Assembly: GCA_965249555.1 (NCBI GenBank)
Contig: OZ252243.1
Location: 384,001-448,000, forward strand
From: Nitrosopumilus sp.
GTDB taxonomy: Archaea > Thermoproteota > Nitrososphaeria > Nitrososphaerales > Nitrosopumilaceae
Direction of reading: 5' to 3'
DNA: 64,000 nt
Shown here: positions 8,814 to 17,552 of the stretch, piece after piece
How the letters are laid out: the number at the start of each line of letters is the position of its first letter
How positions within the stretch are numbered: the stretch's first letter is position 1
Program-made: the position numbers and the translations under genes
The notes under the pieces: model-generated
What the model was told of the DNA's origin: nothing
The model's input: only the letters and a program-made list of their open reading frames with translations
The model's database searches: none

Positions 8814-11378
8814 TCAATCATCACTCCAAGTATAATTTCTTGGTGTGCCAACTGGATTACCGTATCCATAATTTTTGAATCCACGATATTTTATAGATTT
8901 TTCAAGTTCTTCGTTATAATCAATGTCAAGTGACTTTTCTTGATGTTGAGGTGCTAAAACTGATTTATCCAAAATAGTATTTTCAGGAAATGAAGAACCA
9001 TTCATCCAATTGTTTGTAGGAATTTCTTTTTGTTTTGGTTCTGGTTTCTTTACAATGACAGGAGCAGTTTCAGAATTTAATGACTCTAAGATTTTAATGG
9101 CACGATGTTTGGAAAGTGAATCATTGCATCGCTCACAATGATACATGTGAGTACAAAGAGGACAACCTCGAGGTTCTTGACAATTACATTCATTTACCAT
9201 TTGTAATGCTCTACTAAACACTGCATCAAGTTTTCTAAATACTGCCTCGCATGCACCATTTCCACCTTTAACAGAATTATCATAAAGATAGATCATTCCA
9301 TCAGGAGAGGAATATCCAGATACATCAGAACTTGAATTATTGGCAATTGTTAGACTTGCATTAACTAGTAAATGCTCAGTTGCATGAATTCCTGCTGTGT
9401 TTTCACTATTATTTTGAGTACTTCCTAATTCAGGTGCTTTGAAAACAAATCCCACAGTAGGAAATTCAAACTCCATAGGAGTTCCATACATTATGGAGTC
9501 ACCTAATTGCTTGTTTGTTCTTACAGAGATTTTTCCATATCCATAAATTTTGATTTTCATTAATAGTTCACAAAATGTGGCTTCAGTATGTTTTACTGTA
9601 GCAGTCTTGATTATACGCATGATTTGAGGCTTGATTTGAAGAATAGGGATAGTATAGTATGGGTCTACATTGTAACTTTCATAGTTTAATGGCTCTACAA
9701 TTGCTTTAGGATATTTTGATTTAGAAATATAATCAATGACATAGTAATGCTCACCATTATGCATGTAAATGGCTCCACTATAAAATTTAAAAAATGCAAC
9801 AGGAGTTGCACGAGTTCCAATTGTTTTACGATAACCTCGTTTTTCAATGTATACATCATCTCCCATTCCACGAATACTATAGTCTTTGAGTAAAATTTTG
9901 GTTCTATTGTAATCTAGATGATATTTACCATCACGCTCTACAAGATTTTGCTCATCTAAATGATACTTTAAGGTATATTGCAAATCTTTTGCAAGTGCTT
10001 CATCTTTATCGATTGGTTTTGCTGCAGCTAAAAGCAAGAACATTGTTCTTTTAACAAATCTATTAAGTGGATCAACTAGAACAGATTCTTTTGGAATTAG
10101 ATAGTCAGATGGATGATTCTTGTACCATTGTGAAATTGGGTCTTTGCCTAAAACTAGAAATGCGTAACTGCGTTGTTGATTTCGTCCTGCACGACCAAGT
10201 CTTTGTTTGAATCGTGAAAAAGAAACAGTTGATGAAATCACAACATCAACATTACCAATATCAATTCCAAGCTCTAATGTAGGAGTACAAGAGATTGACA
10301 TTATTTTATTCTCTCTGAATTGTCTTTCAATGTCTTCTCGTTCTTTAATTAATAATCCTGCTCTGTGAACTGCAATTGGGATTTTTCTCTCCCTTAATGC
10401 CTTCCAGGCAAAAAGTTCTGCTTTGTCATGAGAATCATGAAAAACAATTGTTTTCTTTCCTTGATGATGGAATTTTTCAAGTAAATCAAGCATAATGTCT
10501 AGTTGTGATGGATCAGTCTCAGTTCCCAGTTCTGAAACAATTGCAAAATCAGTGATTCCAGGCTTGTTTTTCTCCTCAACAAATTCAAATTCTCTGCCAC
10601 CTAGTTTTTCACAAAATTCTTGGGCATTATCCAATGTAGCTGATGAGGCTACAATCTGAAGATTCTCAGATAATCTTTTGAGGGATTTGATGACATAGTG
10701 CACATTTGCGCCTAGAATTCCACCATAATAATGAACTTCATCAATTACCAGAGTCTGAATATTACCAAAAAATGGCTTCCACTGTGAATTTTCATTTTGT
10801 AATTGTACTTTGATAAAATCAAAATTTGTGATGAAAATATCAGGAGAATTATGCAATACATAACTTCTGAGATCCTTGCTTGGAACATCACCATCAACAA
10901 TATTTACTCGCATTTCACATTCATCTACAAATGCTTTAATCTTTCTGTGTTGGTCTTTTGCAAGGGCTTTTGTAGGATAAACAATTAATGCAGATGGTTT
11001 TTGTTTGCTTGGATTATTTAGAATATTTTGAATTATTGGAATTAAGAATGCTTCAGTTTTACCGGTTCCAGTGGGTGCTGAAATTACTACATCATTATGA
11101 TTAATAATTTTAGATATTGCATCTTGTTGATATTCATATAATCCATTTGGGAATTTTTTTATCAATACATTTCGTAAGATACCAGATAGTTCTGTGAGTT
11201 CATTAATTTTTTTACCAATTTTAATTTCAGGTTTTTTTATTGTTTCAAAGTGAGATAGTTTGAATTTGTCTTGAGATGTTCCAATTAAAAGAATGCTTTT
11301 TGTTACATTATCAATATCATGATTTCCAATAATTGCTTTTACTTCAGATGGGATTTGAAGTGGTTTATCAATACTCAA
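8814..11378 (-). CDS. SF2 DEAD/DEAH helicase with C-terminal DUF1998 Zn domain (YprA/MrfA/Hrq1-like)
   Basis: APTGTGKT, YPTKALAKDQ, DEVH, SAT, TPTLELGIDIG, QRLGRAGR, HATEHLL, CNC-x4-GCPLC. Confidence 0.9.
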   Translation of the reverse strand: MSIDKPLQIPSEVKAIIGNHDIDNVTKSILLIGTSQDKFKLSHFETIKKPEIKIGKKINELTELSGILRNVLIKKFPNGLYEYQQDAISKIINHNDVVISAPTGTGKTEAFLIPIIQNILNNPSKQKPSALIVYPTKALAKDQHRKIKAFVDECEMRVNIVDGDVPSKDLRSYVLHNSPDIFITNFDFIKVQLQNENSQWKPFFGNIQTLVIDEVHYYGGILGANVHYVIKSLKRLSENLQIVASSATLDNAQEFCEKLGGREFEFVEEKNKPGITDFAIVSELGTETDPSQLDIMLDLLEKFHHQGKKTIVFHDSHDKAELFAWKALRERKIPIAVHRAGLLIKEREDIERQFRENKIMSISCTPTLELGIDIGNVDVVISSTVSFSRFKQRLGRAGRNQQRSYAFLVLGKDPISQWYKNHPSDYLIPKESVLVDPLNRFVKRTMFLLLAAAKPIDKDEALAKDLQYTLKYHLDEQNLVERDGKYHLDYNRTKILLKDYSIRGMGDDVYIEKRGYRKTIGTRATPVAFFKFYSGAIYMHNGEHYYVIDYISKSKYPKAIVEPLNYESYNVDPYYTIPILQIKPQIMRIIKTATVKHTEATFCELLMKIKIYGYGKISVRTNKQLGDSIMYGTPMEFEFPTVGFVFKAPELGSTQNNSENTAGIHATEHLLVNASLTIANNSSSDVSGYSSPDGMIYLYDNSVKGGNGACEAVFRKLDAVFSRALQMVNECNCQEPRGCPLCTHMYHCERCNDSLSKHRAIKILESLNSETAPVIVKKPEPKQKEIPTNNWMNGSSFPENTILDKSVLAPQHQEKSLDIDYNEELEKSIKYRGFKNYGYGNPVGTPRNYTWSDD

Positions 11379-11944
11379 TTAAAGGAACTCCAAAGAATTT
11401 TTTGTCCTGGTTTTAGTGCTGATGATTTTACTTTATGTTGCATTACTGCTTGTTTTGCAATTGCTTCTTTGACCACTTTATTGTATCTGTTTGATTTTAC
11501 TCTAATAGAAACATCAGTGCATAGTGTGTCGGGATTAATTACTTGCTGTCCAATCTGTTCTGCTACCCTTACCAAGTCTCTATCACAGGTAACTAAAACA
11601 GAATCAGTGAGTATTGCATATGCTAGAATTTGGTTATCAGGAATGTGAAGCAACTCATGATTCTCAACTAATTTTTCTGCAAGGAGTGACATCTCATCTG
11701 TAATCTTACCAACTGAGATCTTCACTCCAAGAGAGGATTCAAGGTTTTCCTTTGCATCATCAAAGTGATAATCTGCTCTTTTTTCAATTTCATAAATTGA
11801 TACGGTAGTAAGAACAACTTTGGAATGCTCCAAATCAACACGAATTTTTAGCATATCAAGATAGTTAGGATATTCGTGTGCCTTTCTTCCAACACAGGTA
11901 TCCAGAGTGAATCTGCTCTCCGATCCAAAGTTCTCTCTTTTCAT
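11375..11944 (-). CDS. PIN-domain nuclease (VapC-like) with C-terminal extension
   Basis: LDTCV, SIYEI, PDNQILAYA, LVTCDRDL acidic PIN motifs; 4-nt overlap with helicase start. Confidence 0.8.
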   Translation of the reverse strand: MKRENFGSESRFTLDTCVGRKAHEYPNYLDMLKIRVDLEHSKVVLTTVSIYEIEKRADYHFDDAKENLESSLGVKISVGKITDEMSLLAEKLVENHELLHIPDNQILAYAILTDSVLVTCDRDLVRVAEQIGQQVINPDTLCTDVSIRVKSNRYNKVVKEAIAKQAVMQHKVKSSALKPGQKILWSSFN

Positions 11945-11952
11945 ACATTAGT

Positions 11953-11996
11953 ATACCTTTATTCATTAATAAAGATACCTTTATCTACATATAAAG
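11953..11996. promoter_or_regulatory. Two tandem 22-bp units each containing the palindrome CTTTAT-N6-ATAAAG (putative operators)
   Basis: ATACCTTTATTCATTAATAAAG (11953-11974) and ATACCTTTATCTACATATAAAG (11975-11996), 9-52 bp upstream of PIN ATG; extra CTTTAT half-sites at 12059 and 12080. Confidence 0.7.
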
Positions 11997-12123
11997 CCAT
12001 TATTTCAGTATATATAATCATATAATATCTTACATTTTAGATAATGACCATCGATCACCTTTATTATCATATATTAACCCTTTATTCATAGCATTTTTAT
12101 ATCATAATTGAACATAAAAGGTA

Positions 12124-13383
12124 TTGGCAGAAAAAATTGCTTACTCTGTGCTTGAAATTCACGCACGAAGAATCAGGGAATTAGTTGAAAGTAAAAAATA
12201 CAAGAATCCAGAGGATTTTCTCAAAAATGCTATTGAGATACTGCTAACCTGGGAGAGTGAACATCCTGAAGAATGCATGGAATTAATGAAAACTCTGATG
12301 CCATTTTCACCCCAGCAAGAAGGATTCATGAAGATGACTATGAATCCTGATGAGTTACAAAAACAATTTGGAGGTTTAGAAATTGATAAAGACCAAAGTG
12401 AAGCATTAGAGCAAAAAAGACTTGCTTTACGAGATGATGATCATTTAAAATTACGAGATAATTTTTCACATGCTAAAAAATACATTGAATCATTAAAGAT
12501 TACAACTCCAGAAAACATAATCCCATATGATGGATTTCCTCTGCTGTCAGGTTTTTACAGTAGATTCTTGCCAGTAAAACTAGTCTTAACAACACTTGGT
12601 CATTTGCTTGAAAGAAGCAAGGATACTAAAATTGAATTAAAAGAATTACGTGTTTATGCATATGATATTGTAGAAGAGATTGCTGAAACTTTGAGCAAAT
12701 ATGAAAATGAACATAATATTCCAAGAAATAAAAAAATGTCAACAGGTCTTCCAAAAAAAGGAAGTAAAGACAAAGATGAAGAAAAGATTGCAATGGCTCA
12801 AAAAAGATTTAAAGATCAATTTGTGGGCAAAGTAAGAAAAAGTAGAAGACTAGAATCAAATCACTTTGAAGGAGCATTATCTGCATTAGGATTAATTGAT
12901 GCATTTGAAAAAGATAGTAAAGTGTATGTTTCACTAACTAAATTAGGAAAGGAATTCTTTTTGATTGATAATCCAGTTATGGAAGGAGAGTATGAAAAAG
13001 GACCATTAACAAAACAAGAATCAAACTTTATCTTGAAAAAGTTAATTCCTCAACGAGAATTAGAACAAGAATTTGTAAAAACTGCACTCTCTGTTGTAAA
13101 AAGATTTCAAAAGGGAACTGCTCAACCCAAAGTATTCAAAAACGATTTTGAAAAAGTAACTTATGCCTTAAATGATGAGATAAGAAAGACAGTAATAAAA
13201 TATCTAAAGGAAAATCCAAAGGCTCAAGAAATGTATAATCTTAATCATTTAGATCCTAAAATGGAGGCATCTGAGCGTAAAATCACGCAATGGCGACTTG
13301 CAACTATGGGCAGACTGGCAGAGTTGAAGGTAGTGAATTGGAGAATAAATGAGAAAGGAGATTCAGAGTATTCTCTGAATTAG
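12124..13383 (+). CDS. Uncharacterised 419-aa protein with N-terminal ribbon-helix-helix-like segment and winged-helix-like C-terminal parts
   Basis: RIRELVESKKYKNPEDFLKNAIEILL resembles CopG/ParD-type RHH; LSALGLI...VSLTKLGKEF and RLAELKVVNW...YSL resemble wHTH wings. Confidence 0.65.
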   Translation: MAEKIAYSVLEIHARRIRELVESKKYKNPEDFLKNAIEILLTWESEHPEECMELMKTLMPFSPQQEGFMKMTMNPDELQKQFGGLEIDKDQSEALEQKRLALRDDDHLKLRDNFSHAKKYIESLKITTPENIIPYDGFPLLSGFYSRFLPVKLVLTTLGHLLERSKDTKIELKELRVYAYDIVEEIAETLSKYENEHNIPRNKKMSTGLPKKGSKDKDEEKIAMAQKRFKDQFVGKVRKSRRLESNHFEGALSALGLIDAFEKDSKVYVSLTKLGKEFFLIDNPVMEGEYEKGPLTKQESNFILKKLIPQRELEQEFVKTALSVVKRFQKGTAQPKVFKNDFEKVTYALNDEIRKTVIKYLKENPKAQEMYNLNHLDPKMEASERKITQWRLATMGRLAELKVVNWRINEKGDSEYSLN

Positions 13384-15236
13384 GAATCATTTAGAATATT
13401 TTTGAGTTCATCAGGTGACCATAATTCTTCAGCAATTTTTTGATACAATTTTTGTCTTTCATCAATAGCTTTTTTTGTGAATTTTTCATAATGTTTAAAG
13501 GAAAGTCCTGAATCCCTACAATATTTTACAAATCCAGGATTTTTTGTATAACATTTAGAATTCAGAGATTGAGCAAGTAAATTTTGTCCAAAGTAATGAT
13601 CTAGTTTTTCTGAATATGGAGATGCGCCAAAAGATTGATTGATGCCTCTAGGTATCAAAATTAACCCACCTAAACGATTTCTATAATCATCAAAATCAGA
13701 TTCATTTTCAAACTCGTCTTTATGTTCCATGAATTTGTTAGCCCAAATATGTTCAATTTCAAATCTATTTTTTCGTTCACGTTTAACATATGTTTCAAAA
13801 CTAGAATTTGGAATTCCAGATTTTTCTTCGATATGGCTAGTAATTCTTACAAGTAAAAATTTTACAAAACTTTTATTCATTTTTTCAAGACCGTAGTCAT
13901 AGACTTTATCCAATTTTTCTTTCATATCAGTAATATTCTTGGCAAATATTTCAGTTAATTCATCAACAGATTTATCACGAATTTCTGTTACTAGCTGATA
14001 TATTCTAATTCTAACATTAGAATGGCCTATACTACTACCATTTACTTTTCGTCGAATTATAAAAGATTCCAAATACCTTGCAACAAGATCAATTTTTTGA
14101 TCAACAGTGTTTTTATCATCGGAAATCATAAGTGGGGACATCAACAAAGGAAAGTAAAGAGATGGTGCAAATCTGACATGATCCACATAGAAAACATGTT
14201 CTAAATTTTTATTAAAATTGTGTGCTGCCTTGTAGATTTTTACATAAATCTTTGAAAAAAATACAAAATTGGTTTCTATAAAGTTCCTTTGTTCATCTAT
14301 CTCAGACAATCCAATTTTGTCTTGGTTATCTTTGAACCAGCTATGAGGTTTAGTTGCTATTACTTCAAAATCTTCATCATGGGTATCTCTTGGCTTCCTG
14401 ATTGTTTCGGCGTATTTTGCTCTAAACCATGATTGAATAAACTCCATATCTGCATTTTTGTTAAGGTCTTTGATTTTTGACATGTGTTTTTTCCATAATT
14501 CATTCAACCTCTTTTTTTCATCTTCTTCTGAAAATTTAGATAAAAGATGTCCTTTGAGCATTTCAGGAGGAGTTAGACTCAATCCTCGATCGTTCATTGT
14601 TTCAAAAATTTTGTATGCATCATCATCGGACCATGTTTTAATGACTACAAACATTACATTTTCTTTTAACCAATCAATAAAATAAGGTAAGGCATCATCA
14701 AGTGATAGTTCAGTAATTAATGCTGAGATATCTTCATATCTTTCATAAATGTTTTTCACAGATTCATTTTCATCAGTTGGATCATAATCATTATTATGAA
14801 ATAGTTTCATCATACATTTCTCGCGATCTTTAATTTGTAAATTTAATGAAGACTCTCCATATGCACGAGATGCAATTAATTGATCTAAAGGTTCCTCAAG
14901 ATTTTTTTCTTTTTGTAAATTATTAAGAAAAATCAAAAGTAAAGTAATAGAAGTTAGTCTCTGTTGTCCATCGATAATAGATGAAATATTATCTTTGACA
15001 TTAAGAATAATTGAACCCATGTAATATTTTGAATATGACTTTACTTCTTTTCGATCATGTTTATTTCCAGATTTATAGTTTTCAAAAAATTTTGAAGACA
15101 GATCCTCAATTAGATGTTCAATGTTTTCTTTTTCCCACCTGTACTCTCTTTGAAATACATCCACCTCATATTTTCTGCCAAGAATTTCTCTCAAATTTCT
15201 TGCATCTGCAGTAATGTATGAAGATTGAGAAGACAT
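13380..15236 (-). CDS. GmrSD-family (DUF262 + DUF1524/HNH) modification-dependent restriction endonuclease
   Basis: FQREYRW, IIDGQQRLTS, FETMNDRGLSL, EIEHIW, NRLGGLILIPRGINQS. Confidence 0.9.
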   Translation of the reverse strand: MSSQSSYITADARNLREILGRKYEVDVFQREYRWEKENIEHLIEDLSSKFFENYKSGNKHDRKEVKSYSKYYMGSIILNVKDNISSIIDGQQRLTSITLLLIFLNNLQKEKNLEEPLDQLIASRAYGESSLNLQIKDREKCMMKLFHNNDYDPTDENESVKNIYERYEDISALITELSLDDALPYFIDWLKENVMFVVIKTWSDDDAYKIFETMNDRGLSLTPPEMLKGHLLSKFSEEDEKKRLNELWKKHMSKIKDLNKNADMEFIQSWFRAKYAETIRKPRDTHDEDFEVIATKPHSWFKDNQDKIGLSEIDEQRNFIETNFVFFSKIYVKIYKAAHNFNKNLEHVFYVDHVRFAPSLYFPLLMSPLMISDDKNTVDQKIDLVARYLESFIIRRKVNGSSIGHSNVRIRIYQLVTEIRDKSVDELTEIFAKNITDMKEKLDKVYDYGLEKMNKSFVKFLLVRITSHIEEKSGIPNSSFETYVKRERKNRFEIEHIWANKFMEHKDEFENESDFDDYRNRLGGLILIPRGINQSFGASPYSEKLDHYFGQNLLAQSLNSKCYTKNPGFVKYCRDSGLSFKHYEKFTKKAIDERQKLYQKIAEELWSPDELKNILNDS

Positions 15237-15407
15237 GAAATCATTGGATTTGTGGAGAATTTAAAATTATATTAGTATCTAAAGTATGGCTCTGGTCGCA
15301 TATTATTGATTCCAATGAGATTCTGTAAAGTTACAGCCTATCAGATGTGATAGTGTTGAGATTTAGATGAAGGAGATCATTTCACTATTAAAAAATCTAA
15401 AAAATAA

Positions 15408-15701
15408 TTACCAGATTTCTTCATATGCCTTTTTTCTACGTCTTGGTATCAGATAACACGTTTTGATTATTTTTTTTGAAAAATTTACATGAATTATTAA
15501 TCGGAAATTACCGTTATCAAATTTTACTTTATGCTTATTGGACAAAGAACCTTTAAGTGGAATTGCTTCCTTCCATGGGTCGTTCTTAATATCATCTAAT
15601 TTTTGAAACAGAATTATTTTTTTATTGTCCTCTAATTTTTGAAGGCATCTTTGATATTCAAAAGAAGATGTATCTATACTGAATTCTAAAACGTCGTTCA
15701 A
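15408..15701 (-). CDS. RelE/ParE-family toxin
   Basis: 97 aa, KLDDIKNDP...PLKGSL...KVKF..NFRLII...RRKKAY pattern. Confidence 0.75.
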   Translation of the reverse strand: MNDVLEFSIDTSSFEYQRCLQKLEDNKKIILFQKLDDIKNDPWKEAIPLKGSLSNKHKVKFDNGNFRLIIHVNFSKKIIKTCYLIPRRRKKAYEEIW

Positions 15702-15710
15702 GACAACCTC

Positions 15711-16424
15711 TTAATATTTTTCAGTTTTTCTAAACAATTCTAATTCTTTTGGGCTTGTCAATATATCTATTGTATCTACATACCCATCAAAGTCAGTATA
15801 ATATTCATATCCTGCATCAAGTATTATACTAAACTTTTTTTCATCTTTGATTTCGCTTATGCCTAATATTACATTCAAGCACATAAACACAAGCAAAGTA
15901 CCATAAAATGATTTTAGAAAATCAGCTTCATCTATTTCTTTAAAAACTTGTAATAGTTTTTCTTCTCTGTTTTGCATTATTTCTAAAATAATCTCAGTAT
16001 AATCCGACAATATATTTATCATATCAATGGCAGATTGTTTTGTTTTTTCACTAAATCGTTGTTGTTTTTTAATATGCTCTATGCTTTTTTTGTAAATATC
16101 TAAATTCAGTCGCCCAAATTGTTGGATGTCTACATCTTTTCTTACTAGTTTAACTGCTTCTGTACAGTAAAAAGTAAAACGTGTAACATCTGATTCTGAT
16201 ATTGGATCATTAGTTTCATATTTTTCTGTCACAATGGGAAGAATGATTTCTTCTGCAACACGAGTGTGAATTTCAGTTAATTGTCTATGTTTATTTTTAT
16301 CTACAATTGCCAAGTTATCTATCTGTTCATTACTAGTAAAAGGCAATAGCATTTGCATTGTCGCAGACATAAGATATCTAATAGATGGCATAATTTCAAA
16401 TAAAAAGTTTTTTTTGTTATTCAT
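15711..16424 (-). CDS. Hypothetical helical protein, probable antitoxin of downstream RelE
   Basis: Directly upstream of relE (9-nt gap); C-terminal DTIDILTSPKELELFRK resembles the ETLELLSxP motif of YefM/RelB-type antitoxin tails. Confidence 0.55.
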   Translation of the reverse strand: MNNKKNFLFEIMPSIRYLMSATMQMLLPFTSNEQIDNLAIVDKNKHRQLTEIHTRVAEEIILPIVTEKYETNDPISESDVTRFTFYCTEAVKLVRKDVDIQQFGRLNLDIYKKSIEHIKKQQRFSEKTKQSAIDMINILSDYTEIILEIMQNREEKLLQVFKEIDEADFLKSFYGTLLVFMCLNVILGISEIKDEKKFSIILDAGYEYYTDFDGYVDTIDILTSPKELELFRKTEKY

Positions 16425-16464
16425 TTACAAAATCCCCAAAATGAGCCGACCCTTGATAAGGAGA

Positions 16465-16500
16465 AGATTCCGTCATTGAGCCTATAACTTGACGGAATCT
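16465..16500. promoter_or_regulatory. Perfect 11-bp inverted repeat upstream of the antitoxin/relE operon
   Basis: AGATTCCGTCA-N14-TGACGGAATCT. Confidence 0.55.
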
Positions 16501-16540
16501 CCAATGATCATAGTAAAGTATCTGTAAACAAAGTTTGCAT

Positions 16541-16675
16541 ATGGGAACATATTATCTAGATATTGAAACTAATGGTCTTGATGAGGTAGAAAACAAGATA
16601 GTTACAATTTAATATGTAGAACTTGGGCGTGGAATTGGAAACAATCTTGGAGAATACTGGAGGTTTAGTAATTGA
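16541..16675 (+). pseudogene. Remnant of DEDD/RNase H-like 3'-5' exonuclease
   Basis: MGTYYLDIETNGLDEVENKIVTI*YVEL... with ExoI DxE motif; in-frame TAA at 16610. Confidence 0.6.
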
Positions 16676-16875
16676 ATGAAACAAAACCAACATGTCCAAA
16701 TTGTAATAGTAAAAACATTGCATGTATATTTTGGGGATATCCTGGAGATATGAACGGGTATCTCAAGGGAATAGAATCAAAAGAAATTGTTCCAGGAGGA
16801 TGTATGGTAGATGACCATGATCCAAAATGGGAATGTAACAAATGCAATCACAGATGGGGAGAAAGAGATGAGTAA
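16672..16875 (+). CDS. Small Cys-rich (Zn-ribbon-like) protein
   Basis: CPNC...WGYP...GGC...PKWECNKC. Confidence 0.65.
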   Translation: MNETKPTCPNCNSKNIACIFWGYPGDMNGYLKGIESKEIVPGGCMVDDHDPKWECNKCNHRWGERDE

Positions 16876-17029
16876 TTTCCATGCAGCATATGGCTTTGTT
16901 GGAATAATTTCATTTGCTTGAGGAATAATATTTTTCTGGATTGATGGAATGCTGCTATGGGCTATTCTGTTTATTGTATTGGCAATAATGCTAGTTATGG
17001 TCAAAATAATTTGGAATAATGCAGTTTGA
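16868..17029 (+). pseudogene. Small two-helix membrane protein with internal TGA
   Basis: MSNFHAAYGFVGIISFA*GIIFFWIDGMLLWAILFIVLAIMLVMVKIIWNNAV; hydrophobic on both sides of stop at 16919. Confidence 0.4.
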
Positions 17030-17064
17030 CTAGATAATGCAACTAGAAAACTTGGAGATGATTC

Positions 17065-17349
17065 TTGATGAATAAAGAAAGAGCATGTTGTATGTGTGGA
17101 ACTCATAAATTTGTTGGACGTGTCAATGCTGGAAAAAAATACTATTGCGGTAAATATATGAGAAAAATTTCCGATTCAAGAATTGATTACTGGAAACCAT
17201 GTACACAAATAGAATTCTTTGAGAATATGCTATCTGATATGAGAAAAGGAAGTAACAGAAAACCAGGAAACATGTTTTCAAGTATTAGGGAACTGTTTAG
17301 AAAATGGGACAGAAAATACAAAGATAAATGCAGCATTTCTGCAATTTGA
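17065..17349 (+). CDS. Hypothetical protein (Cys-containing N-terminus)
   Basis: 94-aa ORF, CCMC...YYC; no family recognised. Confidence 0.4.
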   Translation: MMNKERACCMCGTHKFVGRVNAGKKYYCGKYMRKISDSRIDYWKPCTQIEFFENMLSDMRKGSNRKPGNMFSSIRELFRKWDRKYKDKCSISAI

Positions 17350-17552
17350 TGAGCTAGAAGCAAAAAATAAAGGAAAATAGAGTTTAGAATCTATAATTTT
17401 TTGTAATTACAATTCACTATAGAAATTTGTTCTATTGATTCAAAACTCCGTATGTAACATGACAGGTAATTGGTAATATTCATGAATTAATAGGGTCAGA
17501 GTTTTAGTAGTGTAATCATTAATCATACAGCCACCGTCTCATCACACCCCAA

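Noticed and set aside
8814-11378. DISARM or Druantia call
   Set aside because: No drmA/C/D, cognate MTase arrangement or Druantia partner genes are visible.
15240-15253. 14-bp match ATCATTGGATTTGT to the hsdS repeat
   Set aside because: Isolated AT-rich match without flanking similarity; likely chance.
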